The notes beneath the pieces were generated by a model. That model saw only the letters and a program-made list of their open reading frames with translations, was not told where the DNA came from and made no database searches. Below, in pieces: positions 1 through 11,429 of a stretch of DNA of 64,000 bases (position 1 is the first letter of the stretch; every line of letters begins with the position of its first letter). This stretch comes from Neoechinorhynchus agilis (Eukaryota > Animalia > Acanthocephala). The translations under genes and the position numbers were made by a program. The stretch covers positions 2,142,797 to 2,206,796 of the forward strand of contig CM121342.1 in the NCBI GenBank assembly GCA_051530055.1. Direction: 5' to 3'.

Positions 1-43
1 TTCCTAGTCGATTGCTAATAATTCGGAATCACAATTTCCAATC

Positions 44-1747
44 ATGCACACTCTGAGGAATCACACGTTTGAGTCGGGTAATCAAATTCCAGAACAAGCG
101 AACTCGGAGGATGGCCGTCTTCATCGACAAATAAACGCACTACCCGTTTGTGATCTTCAAGAAATATTGGAGTTTGCCGGCGCGCCTAGGCAAGGCATTC
201 ACAGCCAATTAATTGAACGTTGCATTCACTTAATGTACCAGCAACCACAAATACTGAACTATAGACAGAAAGTCGATCAAGTGTTCACTTATAGATACAC
301 AACTGAAACGGGATCTGTGATTTGGCCACTATTACCTAAACCGATCATTCTTCCCAGTCCACCAGCAATAGTGCCAAATAGTCAACAACCCAAAATTGAG
401 TATCGTACATACCCGCAATTCCACTTTGAACCTCTTTGCTTCTACGATATTTACGCTCAATTGACCACACCGATCTCATTGTCACCGTCATGTGGGTGTC
501 GCCTAAAAGCCGGAATTCCATTTCGGTCAAGTTTACAATTCAATCTTACTCTACAGCAATCGCAAGAGATATCATCGACGCAACATCTAAATCTCTCAAC
601 AAATCCTGTAAACGAACCTAGTTCATTCGAGTGCTTCTATGATATTATCATCCGTTTCTGTAAAGTACCATCCCAAATGAATCGAGTTTCAGTTATTAGG
701 CCAATTGAAGTTCAAGATAGTCTTCCGCCTAATCTACAAATGGTTGTCAATGGCCACCAAATAGCACTTCCTCCTGTGAAACCCAGTTGTCGGCCTGAAG
801 GAGACATCCTTAGAGTTTCAAAAGCTATTCCAATCACACATCTAGTGAAACATGCAGAAAGTTGGAACGTTGTGGACATCGCGTGGACCACTCCACAACG
901 ACTTGAAGTTGGACATAGCGGTCAATACGCAGCCGGTATTTATATGCTCAGGAAAGTAGATTTAAAAACGATGATAGATCGGGTAAAATTATTGCCTCGG
1001 ATCGATCCTGCAGTCACACGTTCAATGATTATCAATAAGACAGATCCGCAATCCGGGGAGGTGGTTTCAGACACACTTCTCGTTTCTCTAAAATGCCCGT
1101 TGTCTAAGATGATTATGACGCTACCAGTACGTGGATGTGATTGTAACCACATTCAATGTTTTGATTACGAATGCTACATCCTTATGAATCAAAAACGACC
1201 CACGTGGATGTGCCCCGTTTGTAATGAGCGGGTTCTCTTTAATCGACTGCAGATTGATGGGTTCCTTGTTGCTGTCCTCGCTCAATTTAATCATCTCGTC
1301 GCCAATACCGTTCAGTCTGAAGAACGCGACTGTATGCATGAAGTAGAATTTGATAGGTTCGCGAATTGGCGGGTGGTTTTACCACAACAACAAGCACAAT
1401 CGACGTCTTGTGCTCTTTCCAACAACCAGAAACGTCCGGATGCCGATGAATGTGTCGTAATCGATTCTGGAGATGAAGATCATCCATCACAAGCGCCTAT
1501 AGACCAGCCGGTGGCAAGCCAATTTTTCGGTCAATTGCAACCAACAACAACAACGGTGATGAATCAGATTGGACAATCCCCTCCGCCATCATCCACCAGT
1601 AACCACGCATTAAAAGAAGATCAATCAAGTAAACTAACTCCAACCAGGCGGACACGTAAACCTGTGAAGCGAAGGTCTCGAAAGTTGGCGAAACCTCCGG
1701 AAAATCAAAAGAAGGATCAGAGTATTGATGTGATCACCCTGGAATGA
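44..1747 (+). CDS. PIAS: PIAS/Siz-family SUMO E3 ligase (SAP-like, PINIT-like, SP-RING/zf-MIZ, SIMs), intronless
   Basis: 567-aa ORF. N-terminal SAP-like helix pair (LPVCDLQEILEFAGAPRQG..SQLIERCIHL); SP-RING VSLKCPLSKMIMTLPVRGCDCNHIQCFD...WMCPVC; SIM-like CVVIDSGDED and terminal IDVITLE. Confidence 0.92.
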   Translation: MHTLRNHTFESGNQIPEQANSEDGRLHRQINALPVCDLQEILEFAGAPRQGIHSQLIERCIHLMYQQPQILNYRQKVDQVFTYRYTTETGSVIWPLLPKPIILPSPPAIVPNSQQPKIEYRTYPQFHFEPLCFYDIYAQLTTPISLSPSCGCRLKAGIPFRSSLQFNLTLQQSQEISSTQHLNLSTNPVNEPSSFECFYDIIIRFCKVPSQMNRVSVIRPIEVQDSLPPNLQMVVNGHQIALPPVKPSCRPEGDILRVSKAIPITHLVKHAESWNVVDIAWTTPQRLEVGHSGQYAAGIYMLRKVDLKTMIDRVKLLPRIDPAVTRSMIINKTDPQSGEVVSDTLLVSLKCPLSKMIMTLPVRGCDCNHIQCFDYECYILMNQKRPTWMCPVCNERVLFNRLQIDGFLVAVLAQFNHLVANTVQSEERDCMHEVEFDRFANWRVVLPQQQAQSTSCALSNNQKRPDADECVVIDSGDEDHPSQAPIDQPVASQFFGQLQPTTTTVMNQIGQSPPPSSTSNHALKEDQSSKLTPTRRTRKPVKRRSRKLAKPPENQKKDQSIDVITLE

Positions 1748-4700
1748 ACCGTGTATTTGATTTTTCCTTATGGTTGCTTAATAAAAAAATTTGGAGCGAA
1801 AGGTTTATGGGCTTTGTGAAAAAAAGAAAATGCTCACATCGGAACTATTTCAACTGTTTCCCCTATTTCATCGTATATCTGTCGGGGGTAAAATTAAAAG
1901 TTACAGTGAGACTTCAGGAAAAGTATCTTTTAGAGATCTGTGAATTTCGATTCTATACCACAGTACGTTTAACGCTAACTAACCGGTTCCACCGTTGCAA
2001 TTCATGTACACCAACGGTTACGGTCAAAAAAGTTGAAATGACTCAGAATTAACGGAGTTTGTATTGACGAATCTACGAGGAGGTTATAAAGGTTTCCGAA
2101 AATGTAGTGTATCCACGTATTCCTTAGCCGCTATTTTATTTATATTTCCTTTCAATTCCGGCTTCATTATCTTTAATGATAGTGAGTAACAAAATGTTCG
2201 GCAATCAATGTTTCAAAGAACCTCGAAATCTGGTGAAGCAAATGCAAATTAGAGATTGTGGTTTATGATTTCGGATTTAAAATCACAATAACTACACTTT
2301 GAAACTAAAATACATTTATGAAGATAAGTAATGCAGTAAAAGTTCAAGATTGCCGATTTTACTAGGTCCAAACGGAAATATATTCTTGTTGTTTGTGCAT
2401 GAAATTGCTCTAAGTCCAGATAAATTTTTCGAATTCTTCGTTCGCTCTCCGAATATCACAAACTAGCAAGTTGAGAAAAGAATGGACAGTTTATTCCACG
2501 ATTAGAAAATGACGATAAAATAAGTGATGATTGCACTTATGGGTTCAATTTATTTCTACTTTGCTAGGAGCAGCGAACCAACATTTTATATTTCGAGTCA
2601 AAAAACGTCTGAGAGACATAAAGTATTATTGGGGAATAGATCTTTATCAATAATTAGTGCTTGCAAATTGAAATTTATTGTTCCGCGGATAATCCCACAG
2701 CATTTTTTATCGATTTTTTGTGAAGCTTTAATACATTGAAATATTCATAGTGTTCAACAATTTTACAATCTAAATTTGTCCGAGAATTACGGTCTTAATT
2801 TGCTTTCGATAGCAATTGTACTTTGCAACAATTCTAATGGGAAAATTGCACTTTTTGCACCGGACTGGGATGATGTAAAGATTTTCATTGAATTTGTTGT
2901 CGAATCTGCTTTTTATTGTGACTTAAAAAATTATAATATTCCCCTACCACGAAAACTGTTTAAGGGTGCCACCGCGAGATCTTCCAAGATTTGAAAATTT
3001 ACACTTCTTTTAAATAGCAAAGGTGGGCACAAGTTAATCGGCGGACGCGATCCATCAGACCTTCCACTCTAAACCCAGCTGCATTCGTAAATAAATTGGA
3101 TTGATAAGCATTTTATTAAGATCTAGAATCGACAATAAGGTACGAATTGAAGCTTCAAAAGAGCATCGAACATGACTGATAATCGTTCAAAACGTACGGA
3201 TTCAAAAATGAAATACACACTATTTTTAGGGTGAATTAAGATTTAAAAGTAATTCATCAATACTTGCTAAACACCATTTAAAAGTTGATTTCGAACAACA
3301 GTGAATTTAATTGAGTCGTTCAGGTAAGAGGATCAACCATTCGTGCTAAACTAAGCGTAAAAAAATAGAATATTATAACAGCTTTAAGCGATTGTACGAT
3401 TCACCAATGGCATATAATAAGTTTGAAAAGACCATAAAAAACTTCATACTTTTTCGAGCCTTGCGACTACAAAAGCTCTAGGGTAGAAGATGAGGTAGCG
3501 TTGTTGTCATCGCATGTCTTTATACGAAAAAAGTCTCTAAGTTAAGTTCAAATCGTGGACAAATTTGGGTTCTAAATTCTCAGTTACAAAAAAAGGACGA
3601 TTTTGATTCTCCATAAAGAATCACTAAAGCATTTTTATTATTTTGCTCTAAGGTTAACCGAACGCCGATCAATTGACGATTGGTCAATATGATTGAAATC
3701 ATTAGGATATAATATTTGAGAAAAATGCGAGACTTCAAAATATTTAATATCGAATATAGTTTCAAATTTGTTTGTTTATGACGAAAAAAATTTAACCTCC
3801 ATAAACGAACATAAATAATTCAATCTTCAAACAGTTTCAAATTTGAGCATTTGCGCAAATCATCATTAGTCGCACAATTGCATTTCAACAGTTGAAACAC
3901 TTACAAAGAAGTTCGACAAATTATTCTTTAATCTGTTCGCAAATTATAAAAGTTATTCTTGGGAAAGGAAACAAATAAATATTTTTACAAGACTTCTGAC
4001 GACAAAAACTGCTTCTTTTACATTCAGTCAACTGCTTCTTTTTCAGTGATGTAAAACAACTAAATTTATAGGGCTTTTAAATGAGTGTTTTGCTAATAAC
4101 ACTTGTGGGAAACGAATATTGAAAAATGAAAGGGAAACTAAAGAAATAAATATTTTATGTGACGAAATTCGTCGCTAGTGGATTCTTGGTGAGAACAAAA
4201 TTGAAATCATTATTTGTTCAACATAAAAGAAGGTTTACTTTTAATAATCTATGATTGAATTGATTTTAGACTTTCATCCCTGCTTTTAGTTAATATGTGA
4301 CAGCCCAAAAAAAAATTTAAGACACAAAAGTTTATTTTTAAATATGTGGCAAGTTCAATTTGGCGTATTTATAACCTTCGAAACCAAAAACCTCTTAGGT
4401 AACACAGAAATCGGATTTTGGCACGTTGAAATGACCCCACGGGATCGATATCTTACGATTTCATTGATTCAGAAAATTTATATTATTAAATTCCTAAAAG
4501 CGTTAGAGAGGACTCTGAATTAAAATTAGCAATTAAATTTAAGCGCTTTGAGTAGGTGCTAATTTAAAATTTTGCGGTTATGAACTCGTCTCGTAGACTT
4601 CCCATTACAGCACTTGTCGGCCCTAGAATATCTTCATCATCCCTCTTTTATTTTTGTTTTATTTTAATCCACGTTTATCTATATTTCGATCGAGTTTTTC

Positions 4701-5401
4701 AAACTGGACAATGCAACGGCTTGGTAAACTTGTGTGCTCGAATACTCCCTAATCAGAAAAGAAATGGAGTATTGCGGTATATTGAAAACCATGTAAAGAT
4801 ACGTAGGTGGCGCATTCGTGACAACAAGCGTAGATTCATGAAACATCGTTCTTAAAGAATGACAGGGTAAATGCATTGGGCTTAGTAAAAGTGATGGTTC
4901 ATTTTTTGTTGTTTACAAACTAAACATAAGAAAGATAAGCGAAATACAAGTGTTGAATCTTAAAAAGAAGTCATATAAAAAGGGTTTTGGCAGCTCGACA
5001 TTGTGCCTCTCAGTGGCTTGACACTTCTCCTTAAGTCACTAAGAGGAATAGATCTATGAGGCGCAGAGTGCATTGATATACCTTCTAAAAGTCAACGTTT
5101 TCAGACTAAGGCATTCTCAAGAAAACCCGATTAAAAGTTCGAAGGCATAATACCGCTAAATTACCACGGGTCAGTCTAAACTATTAAGAAAAATTTAGTA
5201 AGTCTTTAAGTCGCTTTCTACATCAGTTAATAGTTCTAAACTAAACCTTTTAAAAGTCGATTGTAAAATTCTCAGTAAATATTTTAATTAACCTCAATGT
5301 AAACGCCCGAAAATGTTAACTTTGAGAATGAGTAAGAGCGCAACTGTAGAGACGTAAAAACGGGCTTGACTTTTTCTTTTAACTTTTTTCTTAGATAGTG
5401 A

Positions 5402-6882
5402 ATGATTTTGAATGACAGGCCAAAATCCAGCGATACAAACTTGCTTTCGAATTCTCGTGAGCAGAATGAAAACACGAACCAAAACATGTCGACTGAAACA
5501 AAGATCGGCGAGGATCCTCGCAGGTTTCTAATCCTACTTCTCTTCCTTGTTCTGACAGGTTCCAACGCATTCCAATGGGTACAATTCACAATCGTAAGTG
5601 AGCAAGTCAAAATACTATACAACTCTACTCTTCCTGTCAATGGACGACAATTCGCAATTGATACAACAGCCACTGTGTTCATGATTTCTTACTTTATTCT
5701 TATTATTCCTAGTCATTTTCTAATGGAAGGAAAAAGCCTTAGAACCAGCATTATTCTTGGATCCTGTTTGAACGCTATCGGAACCGCAATAAAATGCGTT
5801 GCCCAACATTATTTGTCGTTTGGTGCACTAATGTTCGGCCAGGTCATCTCAGCCGTTGCTCAAACGTTCACTCTTAGTCAGCCATCCCATTTAGCTGCAC
5901 TTTGGTTTCGTCAAAACGTAGCATCCCTCGTAGCATCGATAGGCGTCTTCGCCAATCAACTTGGAATCGCTTTTGGGTTCATCATCCCCAGTGTTTTAGT
6001 CAATAGAGTTGAAGGAACATACAATAGTGCCCATATAAGCGACGAAGTCTTTAATGGACTTAAAAATGCGATGATGTACGGAGTAGCTGTGCCGCTGTGC
6101 GCCATCGCCGGTGTTAATTGTTTACTAATTGTGATATTCTTTGCTGATAAACCCAAAATACCGGCCAGCAGAGCTGAACTACAACGTGTCGAAAACAAAG
6201 TAAGCGTCCGAAAAACCTTCAAAGACCTAAAGGGTTGTCTGATAAACGGTTTAAAACAAAAAATCTTTAAGTTCGTCACACAAACCCTGTACTTACAAGG
6301 AGCTTCATTGCGCTTTTCTTTACTTATGGACTCGTTACAGGCGTATTTTACGCTATTTCGGTAAATGTCCATAAATACTACGAGCAAAACCATCCAAATG
6401 ACAAAAATGCCGCTGGTATCGTCGGTGTCATCATTGTAGTCAGCGGACTTGTTGGAAGTATATGTGCCGGAGTTATATTAAGTTGGTCAAAAGAGTACAG
6501 AATGGTTTCTATTCTTACCTGTGTGTGCAGTCTCATCTTTATGATCATTTATTCGGCCACTCTCCATCTTAATGTTTTTATTGGCTACGTCGTTTCCGCC
6601 TTATTGGGATTTACGATGACTGGATTCTTACCAATCGGATTCGAACTCGCCGCTGAAATCACTTATCCGATCATGGAGGACATTTCCAGTGGAGTTCTTA
6701 ACTGGTCGGCGCAAATATTCGGAATAGTACTTACCTATTCGCATGCAGCGATTCTCGAAAACTACAAATCTGTTCCGTCTAACATTTTCCTCTGTGTATG
6801 CCTCTTGTTGGCTGTCATTGCGTCTTTCTTTGTCAAAAAGGGTTATAGGAGAATGGAAGCTGAGAACAAGGCCGACCGATAG
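5402..6882 (+). CDS. FLVCR: FLVCR/SLC49-like MFS transporter, two exons joined by a tiny intron
   Basis: Motifs RFLILLLF..SNAFQW, GQVISAVAQTF, PSHLAALWF, SIGVFANQLGIAFGF, GFLPIGFELAAEITYP, SSGVLNWSAQIFG. The frame changes near 6250-6300 into SFIALFFTYGLVTGVFYAIS..., which needs a 3n+2 intron (candidates 6249-6271, 23 nt, or 6271-6299, 29 nt). Confidence 0.85.
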
Positions 6883-7734
6883 CATTGTTTTCCATATACA
6901 AAATGAGAGTTGGTGTTTTTAAGACAATAAATTAAGTGGATATACATAATTGTTTTTTAATCTTAAATATACGTTTTCTGATAAGGCAAATGTCTATCTC
7001 CATAATATTCATAACCTTGGATACATCCACGAATAAGCCTAAAATTGAACTTAAACCTTAGTTTGATGTGCATAGTTCAATCAATTAAAAAGATGATGAA
7101 AGCTTTGGTCTATGTAGAACGCAAAGCTCAAATACACAGGTAATCGCTGACGAAATCGACATTCTGTTCAATACCTCATTTTCTTTACTTTAAAGCTTTT
7201 ATCTTCAACAAGTTGATTACGGGAATCCTGAGTAGCACAATCTGTTTATATGAGCAAGTAGTGGACAAGAAGTATTTTTGATACAGTTAAATTTTCTACA
7301 ACCCAGTTCTTAGGTTTCGTCCTTACTAATCTTCCATTGATCGATTTTGCGTAAGGAAATTTAAAATATCATGTAATATTCAAGTGCCCACTTATTCATA
7401 GAAGGAAAAACATCGATCGTTTCGTGTTTTATACGAGTTAGAAACTAATTAAACTAAAGCCTATCAGGAACGAAACGAAACGACGTCATAAGGTTCATGT
7501 TAACGTTTTCCGCGTGATGTTGAATAAAAAAACCATTTTTGTGCGGCGACAGTGGATTTTTCGATCTACTGATGCCAGATACCATAACACTGAGTACTTT
7601 TAAAAGTGACAGAACGTAGTCTTATACGAGACGAATAGAAAAAAGAATTTAAGATCTTATTATTTTTTAAAAAGTCAGTGATCCAAACAGAATTGGCTAA
7701 TACTTGATTAGTAATAAATTGAACAGGCAGACCA

Positions 7735-8172
7735 GCGTAATCTTCTATTTTAAGGTTTTTTTCTAGCAAGCCGGTTTATTTCATATTATTATTAAATTTT
7801 TTGTTTGTCCCTTCTTGCCCGGCTTATTTTTAGGCATAAAGCCAAACCAATTACATCAGAGAAGTGATATAACCACATAGTCTCAAATGCACGATTAAAA
7901 GTTTGTTCATTCCTACGGATTCTCAGATACCTCCCGAGGAGGTGCGACTCATCAGTGAGTTTCCTCTCTTCGGCGGTATTTCGTCCTCTTTAGTTGTGCG
8001 TCATTGTCGGTAACGGATTCGAACCAGTTGACTCTTAACTTGGATCAAGAGCATTAGTCTACTGTACAAACTCAGCCAGTTTTTCGACTCAGGGTAAGCG
8101 CTGTATTCCATTTTAAGTTTTACTGGCAAGCCGATTTGCTTCATATCATTATTAAATTTTAGTTTGTCCCTT
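7735..8172. repeat. Diverged direct repeat pair (about 7735-7813 and 8095-8172) flanking a tRNA-derived segment
   Basis: gcaagccggtttatttcatattattattaaattttttgtttgtccctt vs gcaagccgatttgcttcatatcattattaaattttagtttgtccctt; weaker similarity extends about 30 bp further left. Confidence 0.7.
8006..8077 (-). pseudogene. tRNA-derived SINE head or tRNA pseudogene
   Basis: Minus strand has B-box GGTTCGAATCC (8015-8025), a degenerate A-box near 8060-8070 and an anticodon-arm-like CTCTT/AAGAG stem. There is no proper acceptor stem. Confidence 0.5.
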
Positions 8173-8189
8173 TTTTTAAAGGAAAAAAG

Positions 8190-11100
8190 TTATTTAATTA
8201 TAAATTAATTAACAAAAGTTAACTTATATTATTCTCAATTGTCCTTCACCGTCCCCAAGACACTCGCTGCGTTTCCTCGCTGGATAGCCAAGGATATGTT
8301 CTGCACTAGGAACGAGCGAGCCCTCCTGTCATTGGTCGAGTTGATCAGTCGATGCCCCAGTTCGAGAACAAAACTCCTCGCCGCACGTCCGAAAGCTCCT
8401 AAGGTTTCCACTGCGAAGGGGACAAAATGATAAGAATTTGTAAAATCGGCGTATTTTGCAACCTTACGAAGCTCAGCTGCTGATGCGGCTCCCCCAGCCC
8501 CGGAGGATGCATCTCGCCGATTGCTGGCTGCAAGGGAGTCGACGCATGTTGCGTCCCATATTAGACATCTGCCCCTGCTCCAAGGAAAAACGGTAACTCC
8601 ATCCGGCCTACGGCCATCGATCCTGCAGATGTTGCTAGGCTCGAGGATATTCGGAGAGTTAGCCGTTTTCAAAGCGCGGCTCAGCAATGCGTTTATTTCG
8701 GTGTGTCTAGCAAAACGGCCACTTGAGCGTTTACAGGCTAAACCGTGCCTGCCCGAGGGGTCGACTTCCGTCCCGCATCGGCAGGTGTGAGGGATACAAA
8801 CCGGGAGCCCGAGCCTTAGGGACACTGCGATTCTGAGAGCCTCGCCGTCTAATCTCGAACCGATATTTGCTGATGGTACAGCTTTCAACCAGGCGCCGAA
8901 CTCTTTGCAGGAAACTGCAGTTAATCGCGTTCTATCCACGTCGGAGAGCGAGTCAAAAAGTGAGGTGTGAACACGCTCCACTAACGGAATGTCCCACGAT
9001 TTCTGTTTTTCCGGGAGGTCTGGAATCTTGTCGAGGTTAGACAGGGACATCCAAAGATGAAGAGCGGGCTCCAGGCTGATGTCCTCCTCAAAATTATGTT
9101 TCAAAATCAATCTGGAAAGGCGCTTGGACCTACTAAGAGACGATAGAAAGGCTAGAAGCGCAATGGCTGAGCTGGCACGAATACCGATCCCTCCGTAGCT
9201 TGTGGGCAAAGATGCATGGGTCCAGCCAGTGTCGGGGAGCTTAATATTAAGGATCTTGCATAGACCATCCCTTAAAGAACCATCAATCTCTCTCAATTCG
9301 GGCTGACATTGAAAGGAAGGGGTTGACCGCAGTTTATGGAGGATGCGTGGAATGAAGATGCAATTTTTTAAAAGGAAGATAGCATCGTGAGGGAAAAGTT
9401 CAGAGGCCCTTGAACAGATGAGATCAATGGAAGGTCTGATTTTCCTGATATCAGCCTGCATATTCTCCTCGAGAACGCAGCTTCCCAGCAGTTCTAAGCT
9501 GGACTTGGAGATAAGTCGGATATTAGGTGCGGCCTTTTAAAACTCTCTCAAAATTTGTGCACGTTCCTCGTCCCCACAGTTCAAAACCAAAACTTCGCAC
9601 TTGCTTGGGTTCAGTTTGAGGCCAATTTTTTTACATTCTTCTAAAAGAACCGTTATATCTTGTAGGACTTCAGACGGGGAACCTCCTAGAGTAGCGTCAT
9701 CCAGATACCAGGCGTTGAATGGTGATCGAAGAGATTGCGTAAGATTGTTTGTCGTCAGAGCAAAACCTAAAGGCCCCAGAGGGTCCCCTTGCTGCACACC
9801 CGATCGAGACCAGATTAGTTCATTATTATATACGAGCGAGGTGTGAGAGCAATATGCTGACTGAAAGTAGGGGAGAAGCTCTGGAATAGTGTTTCCGACT
9901 GTTGAGATTAAGATGCCTCGATCGATAGTGTTGAAGGCATTTGCGAAATCGCACTTCAGGATTACCTGAACGTCCCTACCAGAATTAATAAAAGAACGCA
10001 GCGTGTGGACTATAGCCTCTGCTCCACAAGGAGAGCAACATCCGAACTGGACGGGCCTAAGGATCTGGCCTGCTTTTTCCGCGACCCTTTTTGACAGAAT
10101 CTTTCCGGTGAGACGGCGAAGGGTAGTTCCGATTGCTATGGGACGAATCCCACCGTCCTTCTTATTAAGGGCACACAGGAAAGCCGAAAACATGAAGTGT
10201 ATTCCAGTGGCATTCGTGTCGCCTCGAGCGATGAGGTTCACTATAGTGGTCAAAGCCTTGGCGACTTTTTCCGCAGCGCAATGCGCTCCCCCCGAGATTA
10301 AGTCCTTTAGATGTTGGGGTCTGAGCCCGTCTAGACCGTGACTTGAACCGCCGGCGAATGAGGAGAGGGCCCTTTTGATTTCGACCACATCTATCGGTTT
10401 GAGATCTATCGGTGAAGGGGAATGTGAGCTAGGAGGTGGTGGTACGGCTGAAGGTGGGTGTTTTTCCCGCAAAGCGTTCAAAGTGGTAATTGTGTCCCCC
10501 GCAAAAGTATCCGCTGATGAGAGAAGGCGCACGGCTCCACGGATGTCGCCGTCGGACAACTTGGCCGATACGCGTTCTCCTAAGCGTCTAGATGAAAAAC
10601 GACGAGGACCTTCAGATTTCGTCGAAAGGGATGTTGGATCCTCGGCAGATTTGAGCACAGCGAGGAAATTATCAGGGAAGTTGACGACTCTGGACTTGAC
10701 AATTGATGTCAAGGATTCCTCTGAGGACTCACCGGCGAATAATACGAGTCGAGGGAAGGCGAACAAACGCATCCAGGATATTGCGCTATTATTACAGACA
10801 CATTCATTTAACAGGTCCGCAAATGCGGAACCTACTTGGTACCGGGCGCCTTTAGGAATTCGTTTGAGGACGTGATTGGGAAGGACACGAAAAAGTTTCA
10901 CAATTAGAGGAAGATTTTGTGAATCAAAGTCAAGTTCACAATTTGGGGGGGAAGAGCTGATATCTTCAGGGGACATGCCCGACCCTTCGCAGCGTGAAGA
11001 ACGGTTCGTGACACTGACTTTTTTTAAGCAGATCTTACACAAACCTGTGGAAACCTTGGAGGCGGACGTAGCATCGATGCCGGAAGAAGTAGGTTCGCAA

Positions 11101-11400
11101 AAAGACATTCTCCAGTACGAGCGTCAGTAAGTTTGTGTGTGTCCTATGGATTGTTTTGGGTTGAATAATTGCTTGTAAGTTGTCTTGGATTATTATTGCT
11201 TGTAAGTTTTTAAATATTCGAGTAAGGTTGTCTTTTTGCTTCAAGAAAGATTGCTGTTTTGCCGACGCCTTTTAAATTCATTGTTTACTGAAATGCCCTT
11301 ATAACCGGCTTATTTGGGAAGTTGCTTTGCACTTAGATACTTTGTCAACCGTTTATAACTCCGCTCGTCTAGCTTCTTAGCTTTAACTAATTCGAGAAAG
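8190..11400 (-). mobile_element. CRE-like non-LTR retrotransposon copy A (single ORF: Zn finger, RT, CCHC, REL endonuclease), near-intact
   Basis: ORFs 9537-11108 and 8235-9461 are in the same frame, separated by one TAA. RT motifs GGIRPIA, DFANAFN, GVQQGDPLGP, WYLDD; C-terminal CRCG..H..C, RH, LEP, RPDG, WDATC, KY, FAVET, QRGNA. About 300 bp of 5' UTR. Confidence 0.88.
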
Positions 11401-11429
11401 ATGCACACAAACACCCAATTTGTATTTTT

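Noticed and set aside
1744-5300. Short ORFs in the PIAS-FLVCR interval
   Set aside because: AT-rich, low-complexity translations with no motifs or convincing splice structure; treated as intergenic.
7945-7992. GGACGAAA...CTGATGAGTC on the minus strand, resembling a permuted (type II) hammerhead
   Set aside because: The 23 nt between GAAA and CTGATGA cannot form stem III plus NUH plus stem I (no suitably placed U); coincidence or too decayed to call.
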